A stretch of 64,000 bases of DNA from Octopus vulgaris (GCA_951406725.2 OX597816.1:124062001-124126000); one strand, 5' to 3'. Counted from the first letter of the stretch, positions 15,303 through 29,042 are shown. Notes: generated by a model from the letters alone, not told the origin. Translations and numbers: made by a program.

Positions 15303-15510
15303 GGTGGCGAGCTGGCAGAATACTTCAGCAGGCAAAATACTTAGCAGTATTTTGTCTGCCACTACGTTCTGAGTTCAAATTCCGCCAAGGTCGACTTTAC
15401 CTTTCATCCTTTCGGGGTCGATTAAATAAGTACCAGTTATTCACTGGAGGGCGATGTGATCGACTTACACTCTCCCCACAAATTTCAGGTCTTGTGCCTA
15501 TAATAGAAAG
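15303..15510 (+). mobile_element. tRNA-derived SINE, family B
   Basis: gagctggcagaa head, B-box gagttcaaattcc, core ctttcatcctttcggggtcgat; copies at 17058, 33530 (-), 41530, 58260 and 62130. Confidence 0.8.
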
Positions 15511-16117
15511 TTTTGTATAGGAAGGGGACTATTTCTCTTATTAGAGGTAAATATTGGACCTCTGATGAAGAGAGGATTTGGTAGAGTGAGAAGAAACCCA
15601 GTTTGTGTGTGTGTGTGAGTGTGTGCCTATGTGCATGCATGTGTTGTATGTTTGTGCATGCATATGTGTGCCCATTGATGTGTGTGTGTGTGTGTGTATG
15701 TGTGTGTGTGTGTATCCCCTTGTCATTATATCACACAACAGAATAAGCAAGTGTCACCATTGCACCAATAGTGTTCTGTGCTTCCAATCTTTAATGAAAA
15801 CATGCTCAGCCATAGGAAAATATTACTTTGACATCAGAAAGGGTATAACTGACTGCAGGAAGCTTGCTTCAATAAATTCCATCTGACCCATACAAGCATG
15901 GAAAATTGGATATTGATGACATTTATTAGCAACAGGAGCATTATTAGCACCAAGAGGTAATATTTACCCCCACTTAAATGGGGATGTCCTATTAGAAAAA
16001 AAATAATACTACAATAGTTACCATGGAAGAAACTCTCATATTGGCTTTTGGTACAAAAGGCAGTCTTGTTTTTATCATTGGCAGAGAGATGAATTTCCAC
16101 CATCTTCAGCACTGAGA

Positions 16118-16164
16118 CCACTAGATCACATGATTTTGACCTTGCTTGGTTTCATCAGTGATGG
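16118..16164 (-). ncRNA. Type I hammerhead motif, copy 1 (G12 mutated)
   Basis: ccatca CTGATGA aacc aagcaa ggtc AAAA tcatgtga TC tagtgg. Confidence 0.7.
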
Positions 16165-16472
16165 ACACTTGACCACTAGAGATAGCAGTGACTCATCTCC
16201 CCACCAGCGATATACAGAAAAAGCAGTGGCAGAACAGGCATTGATATCAGGATTAGCCTGCTGTCTTGTTAAAAAATATGCATAAGCAACAGAGGCAGTA
16301 TTAATAGTGAAAGGTAATATTTATCTCCACTTAAATGTGGATGTTCTGTTTGAACAAACTATGCTGTAGTATTTGCTATGAGAAAAACTCTCATATTAGC
16401 TTTTGGTGCAGAATGCACTCTTGTTTATACTGCTAACAGGGAGGTTAATCTTCATCACCTCCAGCACCAAGA

Positions 16473-16519
16473 CCACCAGATCATGTGATTTCAACCTTCC
16501 TTTGTCTTGTCAGTGATGG
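16473..16519 (-). ncRNA. Type I hammerhead motif, copy 2 (G8 mutated)
   Basis: ccatca CTGACAA gaca aaggaa ggtt GAAA tcacatga TC tggtgg. Confidence 0.7.
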
Positions 16520-17057
16520 ACTCTTGACTGCTAGAGATGTTCAAACTGATAATGATGCTCATACTCAGCATCAGTTGTGTCAGTTTCACCATTTGCAAAG
16601 AGGGCTTGCAAAAATCATAGATGTGGTCCTTCTTTACCTGACTGAGGTGTATTGATTTGCTCACTGATGCACAGTGGACTTGTGATTATATTTGCTGCTG
16701 TTGTTGTTCCATATATTCACAAATTTGAAAGATGGAAACAGATGATTAGATCTATTACAATACTTGCAATAATTTGATCCTTGAGATAAAATACCGGCAG
16801 TTCAGATATCTAGCCCACATACTCAGATAGGACAAGAGCAAAATATGAAATATAGCTTTTAGATGGGCACCATCTGCTAAACACTAGCCTGAACATCCAA
16901 AGCAGCGTCTGGAGTAGAACAGTTGAAGACAAGCTAAGATAAATGTATAATCCAAGAAGCAAGCATGATGAGATGCTAAAGACAAGTTTGAATGTCATTC
17001 CATCAAAACCTTATTTGCCAACTGAGGAAAAGTGGTTTAATATAAATACTAAATAAG

Positions 17058-17270
17058 TTGGTGAGCTGGCAGAATTGTCAGTATGCTGAGCAAATGCTTA
17101 GCGGCATTTAATTCCTCTTCCCATTCTGAGTTCAAATCCCACCAAGATAGACTTTGCCTTTCATCCCTTCAGGGTCGATAAAATTAAGTAGTTTTAAACA
17201 CTGGGGTTGATGTGATTGACTTACTCTCTCCCCTGAAATTGCTGGCCTTGTGCCAAAATTTGAAATCAGT
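17058..17270 (+). mobile_element. SINE family B
   Basis: Homologous to 15303-15510. Confidence 0.75.
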
Positions 17271-17530
17271 ATAAATAATAATTGTAATTGTTCCTAATTC
17301 AGGTACATGACCAGCAGTTTTGAAGGGAGGCTGTTGGTCAATCCCGCTGACTTTAGTTCTTGACTGGAACTATATTTCATTAACACTGAGGATAGGAAAA
17401 TCAAAATCGACCTTGGCTGGATTCGAACTCAGAACATAAAGAGCTGAAACAGATAAAGCAAGGCATTTTGTCAAATGTCATGACAGTTCTGCATATCCAC
17501 TACCCACGCCAAAACAAATTTTGCAAAATG

Positions 17531-17564
<34 letters not shown>

Positions 17565-17597
17565 TACATACATACAGATATATATATATTTATATGT

Positions 17598-17648
<51 letters not shown>

Positions 17649-18169
17649 TTTACACACACACACACACACACACATATGTATGTATTTGTGATCTTGGAAA
17701 TTCCCATTTCTTAGTAGAGTGACTTTCATCTGATCGATTGTTCTTGTCCAATGTTGTTGTTTAGCTCCAGGTCAACTCTGATCAAACAGACAGACTTATG
17801 ATCAAAGGCTCTTCCAGTTGTGAACATCCTATCCATTTTTCAGATGTAGTGTTTCAGCATCACATTATTCAATGTTAATATTATGTATGGAATGTATATA
17901 TGTGTGTGTCTGTAATTGAATCTCTGTTAATCTACAGATATTTATTTATACTTTCTGTTTAATATGGTCTTCCATTTCTTTTTCTAAGATAGTAGAATGT
18001 GATATTAGGGACATTTGGCTGATGTTTCTAGAAGGTCAAATGACTACATAGAGGCTTCTTCATTAATTCATAGTTCATGCATTAGAGGATGCAGGTGACA
18101 GGAAATAAAAAAAGTAAATGCAGAAACATTATGCCATTTGAGATGAGCTGCCACATTCATTATCGTTAA

Positions 18170-18424
18170 CTCATTCATCATCATCATCATCGTCGTCGTC
18201 GTCATCATCATCATCAGTGGCATTACTGGTGTCATCACCACCATCCTCTTCTTCCGCCTCAATATGATCTTTTCATCTCCTCTTACTCCTCCCCTTTCCT
18301 CCTCCTCCTCCTCCTTCTTATCACCATCATCATCATCACCACCATCATCACCATCACCATCACCATCACCATCATCATCATCATCACTATGACCATTATC
18401 ATCACCACCACCACCACCACCACG

Positions 18425-18473
<49 letters not shown>

Positions 18474-18515
18474 CCACCACCACCACCACCACCACCACCA
18501 TCATTATCATCATTG

Positions 18516-18552
<37 letters not shown>
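18170..18552. repeat. (CAT)n/(CAC)n/(CCT)n compound microsatellite
   Basis: Direct reading. Confidence 0.95.
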
Positions 18553-21500
18553 GAATAACTATTCAGGTTTTGCAAAAAAAACTCAGGAAACACGATAATC
18601 TTAATTATTAAATGAATGTAGTTAAAATGTTGACTTCAGTTCCTCATTAATAGTAAAAATTCCATATTATTTGCATAACTAATTTCACATTAAAGTTTTA
18701 AAATATTGAAACTTTGTTATATTGTTAAACTGGATTTGATTTAAAAAGGAAAAAAAAAATGAACAAAAACATTAGTGGTAATATTAAGTGTTGTTTTGTG
18801 GTGCAACTTTGATTAAATAAGGTTAAAATAAAAATGGTATTAATACTAGCTTATCCTATTCTTGATACCTTTTGCTATTAAAATCTCATATATCAATATT
18901 TATTATTTGATTCTTTCATTTTTATTTTTTCATTTAATTCTGTATCTACTCAATATAATATTTGATATTTTATGTTGTGAGCTTAGCTATTAAAACTCAT
19001 AATAGCATATATCAATACTTCAATCAATATTTATTTATTTATCACATGAAACTGTGGATAAACTGTGCTTTTCTATTCACAGTTACAAGGAACTTTCAAG
19101 GGCTGATAATTGGAAGAAAAATTGTCAGTGGTTTATTGACACTCGTGGAGAGGGTATAAATACTGTGATGTTCATGGCCTTCCTAAGGGAAAATTAAGCG
19201 AACTGGAAATTGATTCCATCTTCCCACCCCTAAACAGGAGCAATGCATAAACTAGAGCTCTTGCAGCCATTCCAAATGTTCCGCCACTCAATCACTGAAG
19301 ATCTCTTCTAGTAAATACACATCCTCAACATAACAAAGACTATATCATGAAAACTGGATTTTTTCTTTAAAATCAGAAAATACTTAAATTCCCAAAAGAC
19401 ACTCTGGAAACCTCTACAAAGATTCCAGTTGATAACTGCTTTTGCACCTGGTACAAATACTGCAGTTAAATTCATTGACGTTGAAGACTACATCCAGCAA
19501 TGACTGATTAACATGAAATCCCTCATAGACAAGCTCCAGCTTCTAGACCCATAGTTATATTGTCTCCTCTTTTTAGTCTTTTCTATGGTTATGTAATGGC
19601 CTCTGCACTTCAGAGCTACCTGGTCTTGTTCTTTCTCCATTCAGGTACTTTCAACTCATTCATTCCTCCTTCTCTTGTTAATCATGTTGTGTCAAACTAA
19701 CGACTTACTACATTCAACACAAACTACTGCATCTGATTCCTTCTCCACAACATGTGGCTTACTAGAACACTCTCTGTACATGTCCTTTTTGCATTCACAG
19801 TGATACTAATTCTTCATGTCTGATGATCGTGAGGAAGAGTGCAATGCCCCTAAATGCCTACATAAACTGAGCTTTGATACTGTAGGACATTTCTTTCCTG
19901 TCTACCCTTAATGGTTTTAGAGTCACAGTCAGTCTGCGCAATCCAATCTCACTTTTTTGTATTGGAGGTCTGACCACAGTGGTTCAGTAGGCTAAGACAG
20001 CAGTTGTGACCAGCAGGCTGTAGTGGCGTTCTCCTAGGTTAGTTGCCTTGCAGGACTGTAGAGCTCCACCTAACTTAGAATTGCTAAAAGGGTATCACAG
20101 AAGACATTAGACTGGCTGTGGGATCCCATAACTTGATTTGCTGTTGAGATTGACTCCCTTAACCATTACCTTTCCCAAGACACTCACAAATCAGTGAGGG
20201 TTTGTGCTTGAAGTTTCTTTTACAACGTGCTAATTAACCCATAGCTGGGACCTGGAGAGGTGCTACTATTATGGATCAGAGTAACCCTGGGAACAGTAGC
20301 AGATAAGAGGTGGTTCCACACTCTTCAAAACCCGGAACTCTCAAACCAGATGCCCACTATTGGATGCAGTTTAAAGTCATAATCAGGATTAACAGTAGTA
20401 TGATGGAAAAAGGTATAAATTATAGATCTTTTTGTTAGATGCATTAAGAAGAATTTTTCTGCAAACTTTATGCATTAGCAATGATTTCTTATGAACTTGC
20501 CGGATAGATGGGTATGGAATGTGTGAAATCAATTAAATCAAGCATAGTTCATGGCAGGTAATTAATCTATTGGCCCCAAAGGGTTGAAGGTATAAAGAAT
20601 AGCATGAGGGATTTGAACACAGAATGTAGTGGAACAGAAATAAATAATAAAAATTAATTAGTCTAGCATGGTAATGTATTTCTTACTTCACTGCTTTTTC
20701 CATGTTTCTGTTATAATAAATTCTAACAATGGCAAAAAGCATCATACATGCTATTGCAGGAGGAGGGGAAGTTTAATTGATGGCATACAACCCAATGTAT
20801 TATTTGTACATATTTTATATCAATACTGTAGAGATAACTGGCATAGATGAACCCAATGGAATTTAAACTCAGAACATAAACTATACAAGTAAATATGACA
20901 AAGCATTTAGTATGACACATCTATCTTCTCTCTCTTTCTCTCTCTCTCACTTTCACTCTCTCTCTCTTTCGCCTTCCCTCTTACTCACTCACTTACTGTC
21001 TACTTCATGCTGTAATTAATAACCTTACACATGATGAGATGAAAATTAATTATTAAAAATGTTATATTTCTTATAATTAAGCTATATATTGATTTGCACA
21101 TGTATATATGTGTAAGGTCAATGATTCTGAAATATTGCCACCTATATTAATTTCTGTTAATACTTTATACAGAATAATGGAATAGCAAAAAGAGCAGAAC
21201 ACCAAACCTAATTACTTACAACATTTAATTTCCTTACTTTGTGTTCCAGGTTCCAGTGCCATTTAGGTGACATTCCATTTCATTCCTCTTGTTGGTTCAA
21301 GTTACTATGCATTATGTCTATACTTTGAATCATAAATCAATGAGGGAGTCTCTATGTGGTTTTTTGCCTTGCTAGAAATACTAATCAAATATTTTTCGGA
21401 TCAGCTTCCTCTCACCTTAAAAAAAAAATGGTAACATGTTAGATAATGTAGTCCTACATGTTCCTGAAAAGAGGGGATGTTCATAGCTGGAATATCTTTC

Positions 21501-21914
21501 ACTATATGTCTAGTTGATCTAATCTTACCTTGGGCTAAACAATTACATGTTAAATCAGTTGTTTGTATGCCACACTTAAGAATGTGTGATATCATTCTAT
21601 GTTTTAGGCTTATATAAATAAGTATACTTGTAGGCATTGTATGTATGTATATATATATATAAATGTGTGTGTGTGTGTATTGGTGGGAATGGCAGCACTA
21701 CTTGTGTTTGCAGTTGGTTCATCAGAGGCCTCCATGACACTAAACCTTGATATAGCTCAGAATGCCAATACACTCAGACTGGCCATCTTTGCACTCTCCT
21801 GTCCCCCCAAAAAACCACTTTTTCTACCTCTTTCTATTTCTGGTCACTTCAGCAATGTGACTGCCCACAAGCTATGGTTGATCTTTTTTCTTTCTTTGGA
21901 CTTTTCCTTTCTCC

Positions 21915-21947
21915 TTTCTGAAGAAGAGCTATGCTTGAAACGTTAAA
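21915..21947 (+). ncRNA. Minimal hammerhead motif (family H1)
   Basis: ttt CTGAAGA A GAGC tat GCTT GAAA CG TT aaa; extra A after A9 and palindromic ACGU stem III, as in PLE-type minimal HHRs. Confidence 0.6.
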
Positions 21948-22049
21948 AATTCCTGAGCGTCTACCTAATACATTCTTTGTGCACGTTTTCATCTATTATT
22001 GTTAATTTTATTCTTCATTTATTTGAATTGACTATATATATATATAAAT

Positions 22050-23304
22050 ATACCAGCAAACACACCCATCCTTTAGATGGTTTAAGTTGCTATGGTGGTA
22101 TTTTTTCATCAAATAATTGAACTACTGAGAAGGTTTATGAGTAGTATGGCAATCTATGTTTCTGATTAACCTAGGAACAGAAACCAAATTGAAGGCTGGT
22201 TATTGTGGAGGTTGTTGCACTTTAATGATCATAGAACATATAGGTTTGCAACCGATGCAAAGTAGAGCACTGAAGTGTTTTAGGAGTAGATTATGGATAA
22301 TGACTACAAAATATAGTTGTTTTATATGAAAGTGAAATATCTTTTCAGAAACAGGCATGTAAATGTACACCATATGGAAATTGAAGGAAGACGTTGAAAC
22401 TCTTCCTCAGTGAGTTTATTTTATTCAATAGCAAAGGAGCTATTTTTTCAGAGAGAAGTATGATTGGTACATTCAAAAAATGGCAATATAATACCTACTT
22501 GAAAAAGTAGAGTTAAGGGAATATATTTGCTACGCGCTTACAGTATACAACCACTCTGAAATTGACTTCAGGTAACAAAAAATGAAGACATGAAGAGTTC
22601 GACTTCAGCTCATGAATACTGCTTTGAATCTCTAGCAGTTCACAGTGAAAAAGATGTTGTGTTCAAAATATCATAATGAATGGGTACATAAGCATCCTTA
22701 AAGTTAAACAACGCATTGGTAGGTAAACAAAGGTATCAAAAAAACAAGAGAGGGAAGGAAACATCATCTTTCAAGTAACTCAGAATAGGTAAAGGTAAGC
22801 TTGCCAAATTTAAATGCAGTTTAAATATGGAGATTAGGATTGTTAGGCATTGGATATTTACTGTGTTCAGTGCTCTTAGTCAATTTAATCACCATCGCGG
22901 GTGGACAGATGAAATAAATAAATAGACAAAATCCTTTCAGTTTTATAATATTCTCTAGCCAAGTAATAATACACAATTACAACATATATATAAATAATAA
23001 ATCCAAAAAATATGAAACCACTAAAATATTTTCTCTAATGCCAATATACAACCATAGAAATTAAAAATGTATGGAAGATCCTACATACAAAAAACTATGT
23101 ACATATAACAAATTAGAGAAAAACCTATGTAAACCACTGTTTTTCCTGGTTTGTCCATTTACACATGAGCTCTGGCTAAAATGTTATAGCGCATGACCAT
23201 CCTTGAAACATAAGTAATGTGCATATAAAGTTTGGTGAAAATCAGTTGTGAATTGTGGAAATGTATGTGTTAGTCGATATACACACACACTGTGATTTAT
23301 ATAT
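22050..23304 (+). mobile_element. Possible non-autonomous Helentron/HINE-like element
   Basis: Start ataccagcaaacacacccatcctttagatgg and end aagtttggtgaaaatcag...cacacacac...tttatatat resemble DINE-1/HINE termini. Confidence 0.35.
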
Positions 23305-23670
23305 GCCATGGAAAGGTCAATGCTTGGTATCTGGTTGAGAGAGCACATAAGTAGCAAGATCATCAGAAAGAAGTCCCGCGTGAGAGATGTCATCGCAGAG
23401 TATACACGCAGCAAGTATAGATGGGCTGGACATGTCGCCTGGCTCACCAATAATCAGTGGACGCACGCAGTTGCCGAGTGGTACCCGCGTGAGTGGAAAA
23501 GACCACCCGGAAGTCCTCCATGACAGTGGAGTTACGATTTTAGGGGGACGATTGGGATCACGTGGATGACAAAGGCGCAATCCAGGGAGGAGTGGACAGC
23601 GTGCTGTGACCAGCGGTGTCAAATGGACGCCTGACGGACTGGTCAGTCAAGGTGATCAAGGTGAAGGTGA
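23305..23670 (+). mobile_element. RTE-clade LINE 3' end
   Basis: MERSMLGI...RWAGHVA...EWYPREWKRPPGSPP; short tandem tail caaggtgat. Confidence 0.88.
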
Positions 23671-23687
23671 TATATATACATACTGTG

Positions 23688-23730
<43 letters not shown>

Positions 23731-24006
23731 ATTATGTAGGTAGATTAAAGTCCAAGCTGTGTCCTTTTAAAGAACGTTTGTTTATTAGAAAATTGCTATT
23801 TTTAAATCTCAGAAAGTGAGATATTCAGCAACAGTACTTTGTAGTAAAAATTGTTTACCAACGTAAAATGGCAGTCCTGGTTTACGATGAATGTTGCTGT
23901 AATTAAGCCCCAGGAGACATCATCTCCAGCTGGCTATACGATACGATCTGTGTCCTTATACTTTCAAACAAAGGAATCTAGCACCCCAACTCAGCTCAAA
24001 ACAGTA

Positions 24007-24051
24007 TCTGTGTATCATGATTTCCAGGTTATTTCCCTTCATCAGCACAGA
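24007..24051 (-). ncRNA. Type I hammerhead motif
   Basis: tctgtg CTGATGA agg gaaataa cct g GAAA tcatga TA cacaga: 6-bp stem I and palindromic stem III. Confidence 0.75.
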
Positions 24052-24225
24052 ATAATTGTTATGTAGCAAACAATCTTTACTACAAAGTACTGTTGCTGAA
24101 TATCTAACATTATGAGACTTAAAAATAGTAATTTTCTAATTTATAGATCAGTTACTAGTTGTCACTTTGAAAACTATATATTTCAAACGAGAATTTGGCA
24201 GTACCACTTCTAGCCAAACAATTAT

Positions 24226-24270
24226 TCTGTGCTGAGGAAGGGAAATAACCTGGAAATCACGATACACAGA
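24226..24270 (+). ncRNA. Type I hammerhead motif (inverted sister copy)
   Basis: tctgtg CTGAGGA agg gaaataa cct g GAAA tcacga TA cacaga. Confidence 0.7.
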
Positions 24271-24951
24271 TATTGTTTTGAGCTGAGTGGGTGTGCTAGA
24301 TTCCCTTGTTCGAAAGTATAAGGATACAGATCGTGTTGTATAGCCAGCTGGAGATGATGTCTCCAGGAGCTAAATTACAGCAACATTTGTCCTAAACCAG
24401 GGCTGCCATGTTATGCTGGCAAACAATCTTTACTACAACATTTGTTTATTCTAGTATCTCAATTCCGTATGTAGATATCATATTTATGAGAGGTACATGT
24501 AAGAGTTGAAAATTCAGGAAATATTGCTTGCTGAATAATTACATATCAAGACAGAAGATTGGAAAAATGTTTCATTTGCTGATAGAAGTCACAAAATTGT
24601 ACTTGCAGGATAAACATGTAAGATATCTCCTATTGGAAATTCTTTTGACAGAGAATCAAATAATTTTTAGATATGTGTGTGTACGGGTATATGTGTGTGT
24701 TTGTATTTATATGTATGTATATATATATGTGTGTGGGTGTATACAAAAATACATATATATATATAATATACATATATAAACATACATATATATATATATG
24801 TATATATATACACACACACTATTTGTATATTAATTCTACCATAAGGCTCATGTTAAAAAAGAATCTTAACAATTTTTGAAGTTGATCACATGGAGACATT
24901 GGTGTTCATCTCCATTTTGGATTAAAACACACATTCTCATTGTTCGACATT

Positions 24952-24991
<40 letters not shown>

Positions 24992-25052
24992 TGTGTGTGT
25001 ATGTGTGTGTGCATGTGTGTTTATATATACATACATATATATATATATATGC

Positions 25053-25091
<39 letters not shown>

Positions 25092-25099
25092 TATATATA

Positions 25100-25750
25100 T
25101 CTTGACAAATCAGCTGCTACAGAATTTGGTTCTCTACTTGAGCCTGTAATTTCTTTTCCTTCGAATGTATTTTTTATCTTTATTAAATCTCTTGTGCCCC
25201 CTTGTGTGGAATACTGTTATCACATTTGAACTGCTGCCATTGCTCATGTTCTATCTCTCCTTGAATAAGTTCAAAAACAAGTTTCTAACATCATTAGTCT
25301 TGCTTTGGCAGTTAAACTTCAATCCTTCTCTCATTGTCGCTGGAACATTACTTCCTTATCCTTATCCTATGAACACTTCCAGTGCATCTTGTCCTCTCTG
25401 ACATCCTTCTCTTGTACCTCCTTTTTATACTAGTCATTAAGTGATCCTCCTTTCTGTTAATTCTCTTCAGTTTACTAATTTTGACCTTTCCTGTAACAAG
25501 TATTTGTTTTCTAGTTGTTTCTTTTTCATGAACATCTATTTTATGGAACTCTCTTCCTCCTTATTTCCCTGTTAAATACAATCTTAATTGTTTTGATTCT
25601 TGTGTTGAACATTTTGTGATAACTTGGAGCTGATTCTCGTTTGAAAATTGTTGTTAACTTTTCTTTTGTAACTCTCAACATACTCAGTTGTTGCTTGAGG
25701 CCTGTTTCATTGATGCCTTGCTGAAAATAACTTCTAATAAAAAATTAAAG
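25100..25750 (+). mobile_element. CR1/Jockey-group LINE 3' fragment
   Basis: IKSLVPPCVEYCYHI*...LSLLE*VQKQV (cf. YKSLVRPxLEYCxxIW...LLDxVQ). Confidence 0.6.
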
Positions 25751-26512
25751 AAATTGTAAGGCAAATATATGAGCTTGTGTTTTACTGTGTGTTTACTAAA
25801 ATACAATGCTTCTATTAATATATGTGTACGCCTATGTGTGAATTATTCATGTAATAATAATCATATAGAGATATATATTAGGAATTACAAATATATTAAA
25901 ATAGGTGCCACTTAATTCCCCATTAGACATAGCTATGTCTCAATGTCAAGGAGAGATGAGTTAAAAACAAAAACGGCTGTGGATACACAACTCTTTTCCT
26001 CCAAAGTGGAAGAAAAGTCTTGCCTATCTATAGTAGGTTTTAAATACAGTTTTTGGTTATTTTATTATTATTATTTGCTGTGAAGTGGTAACACTGTCAC
26101 TTGACTAACTGCTGTCGCTGATCTGTTATTGAGCTAATGGAAAACAAACATAGAAGTTTCTATGTTCACACAAATTATGCACAATACTTCATACACAGAT
26201 AAGACTAACAGTGGCTTACTAAAACAACAATCCTTGCCACCTCTCTCCTAATTACATGAGAATTGCAGACTTTAAAAAAAAAATGCTACTGAACAACTTT
26301 TCCTTTACTGATGGGACTGAGTTGGCAATTACAACATAACAATATCCAGAGAAAGTTGATATTTGGCTTAACATTGATATTTGCACATCCTGGTGGAATT
26401 TGTATGTATATCCTTACTTGAATATTATATATTACTTTTGCTCTGCTGTAGAATATTGAAGATTGTATTACATAAAGATATATCAAACAATACGTGTGTG
26501 TATGTATATGTA

Positions 26513-26564
<52 letters not shown>

Positions 26565-26990
26565 CATTCATGCACACACACACACAAATGTTCAATATGT
26601 ATGCTTGGTGTTTTCTTCTATATAATGTACATGCACTTTTGGCTTTTGTTGCTATTTTTACTTGGCTTATTGCTAATTTCTATCCCATCTTTTTATCCCT
26701 TTTTGATATGTTGCATAAGTATCTGAGCATTCAACCCGCATATACTCACACACACACAACTTTGACCCTCTATAAATCCTAAATTTATTTTTATTGGCGC
26801 AACTGTCTTTGAAGACTCATATTGCCATTGAATGCTCAAAATGAGGAGTAGATAGACTGCCCACAACTGATGAAGTGTTCTTTCACAGTGTTAACTTATC
26901 CTGTTTTCCATATTTTTTTCGTTGTTTAAGTATTTCATGTTATTTGCACCGTTGGTGACGTTCTGTACCCATATATGCATGTGTATACAT

Positions 26991-27045
<55 letters not shown>

Positions 27046-27063
27046 TATATATATATATTTATG

Positions 27064-28275
27064 TCATCATCATCGTTTAACATCTGCTTTCCATGCTAGC
27101 ATGGGCTGAAAGGTTTGACTGAGGACTGGCGAGCCAGATGGCTGCACCAGACTCTAATCTGATCTGAAAGAGTTTTTACAGCTCAATGTCCTTCCTAACA
27201 CCAACCACTCCAAGAGCGTAGTGGGTCTTTTATGTTCCACAGGCACAAGGGCCAGCCAGGAAGTACTGGCGACGACCATGCTCAAATGGTGTTTTTTATG
27301 TGCCAACTGCACAGGAGCCAGTCCAGCAGCACTAGCAATGATCTCACTCGAATGTTGTTTTTTCACATGCCAATGGCACAAGTGCCAGTGAGGCGACACT
27401 TGTAACAATCTAGCTCGAAAGGTGCTTTTTATGTGCCACTAGCATGGGAGCCAGTCAGTGGTCCTGGCAATTATCACACTCAGATGGTGCTTTAACATTC
27501 CACTGGCATGGGTGCCAGTCAGGCAGTGCTGTCATCGGCCACGTCAGTGAATTTGATTTTGATTGTGATTTCAATTGTCTCAACAAGTCTTCACAAGCTA
27601 AGTTTAATGTCCAACGATAGAAAGGTATGCATAAGTAGGCTGGTTATACCGTTGGAATAGGCCACAGTTTATAGTCTCAATTGGCTTGCTGGGTTTTCCC
27701 AAGCACAGCATATTTCCAAAGGTCTCAGTTACTAGTCATTGCCTCAGTGAGGTCCAATATTCGAAGGTCATACTTCACCACCTCATCCCAGGTCTTCCTG
27801 GGTCTACCTCTTTCACAGATTCCCTCAACTGCTAAGGTGTGACACTTTTTCACACAGCTGTCCTCATCCACACCACATGACCATACCAGCTCAGTTGTCT
27901 CTTTTACACACCTCAACTGATGCTTTGTAGGTCCAACTTTTCTCTGAAGGTGCTTACACTCTGTTGTGTATGCACACTGACATTACACATCCATCGGAGC
28001 ATACTGGCTTTATTCCTTGAAAGCTTACGCATGTCCTCATCCGTCACAGTCCATGTTTCACTGCCATGTAGCATGGCTGTTCATTTACATGCATCATACA
28101 GTCTACCTTTTACTCTGAGTGAGAGGCCCTTTGTCACCAGCAGAGGTAGGAGCTCTCTGAACTTTGCCCAGGCTATTCTTATTCTAGCAGCTACACTTTC
28201 AGAGCATCCACTCTTGCTACTGACTTGGTCACCTAAGTAACGGGAGCTGTCAACTACTTCTAGTTTTTCTCCCAG
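27064..28275 (-). mobile_element. RTE LINE 3' fragment with tandem-repeat 3' UTR and (GAT)n tail
   Basis: Minus strand RGRPRKTWDEVV; UTR with gtgccac/ggcac subrepeats. Confidence 0.85.
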
Positions 28276-28407
28276 AAATTGTACACATATATACTATTTA
28301 TTATTTATTATTTAATTGAATGTGACACATCCATTTCCAAGAATATCTCTACTCTTCTTTTCAAAAATACATAATACTGTACCAAGAACTTTCTTTTTAT
28401 TATTCTA

Positions 28408-28451
<44 letters not shown>

Positions 28452-28532
28452 AAATAGGGTAATAATAAATTATTATTACCAGTGGCCTAGCACAAAAAAT
28501 GAATTAGTCATTAGACTATATATTATTCATAT

Positions 28533-28749
28533 AGAAATACAATAAGAGGCTTCCAAATAGGAAAGCATTGTGCTAGAACACAAAAAAAGGGATAAATTCA
28601 CGAAAGGAATGAAAATTAAAAACATTTACCATCTCAACTATATTCCAGTTGAGATGGTAAATGTTTTTAATTTTCATTCCTTTCATGAATTTATCCCTTT
28701 TTTGTGTTCTAGCACAACGCTTTCCTATTTGGAAGCCTCTTATTGTATT

Positions 28750-28752
<3 letters not shown>
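28533..28752. repeat. Near-perfect palindrome, arms about 106 bp, 7-nt loop
   Basis: agaaatacaataagaggc...ccatctcaact [atattcc] agttgagatgg...gcctcttattgtatttct. Confidence 0.95.
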
Positions 28753-28783
<31 letters not shown>

Positions 28784-28791
28784 GACACATA

Positions 28792-29005
28792 CAAGGAGGT
28801 TCTGGAAAGTTCCTGGCTTTAAGGGTATTATGAAAGGCCTGGCTGGAGGCCCATTCCTTCCAAGGTCTTTTACAGGGCTTAGAGGAAATGAAGGACCACT
28901 GCAATAAGTGTGTGAATCTGAGAGGGAAATACGATGAATAAATTCATAATTAACAGATCTTCCTGTATTGTCTTTTCTCCAAAACAAGGAACTTTTCAGC
29001 ACCCT
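28792..29005 (+). mobile_element. Short mariner-derived MITE-like relic
   Basis: TA + caaggaggttctggaaagttcctgg resembles the TIR at 4667; far end aaggaacttttcagcaccc. Confidence 0.45.
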
Positions 29006-29042
29006 ATCATTAGTGTGTGTATGTGTGTGTATGTATGTGTGT

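Larger units (their letters stand above)
15953..17030 (-). mobile_element. PLE 3' end: GIY-YIG remnant followed by two tandem pseudo-LTRs (period about 355 bp)
   Basis: Minus strand SYISYFALVLSEYVG (GIY-YIG-like) and KPSL; diverged direct repeats 15953-16184 and 16311-16539, each with an HHR. Confidence 0.7.
23783..24438. mobile_element. Inverted pseudo-LTR arrangement of a PLE-like repeat with two HHRs
   Basis: About 23850-24060 is the reverse complement of about 24217-24438; 24067-24140 mirrors 23783-23857. Confidence 0.75.
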
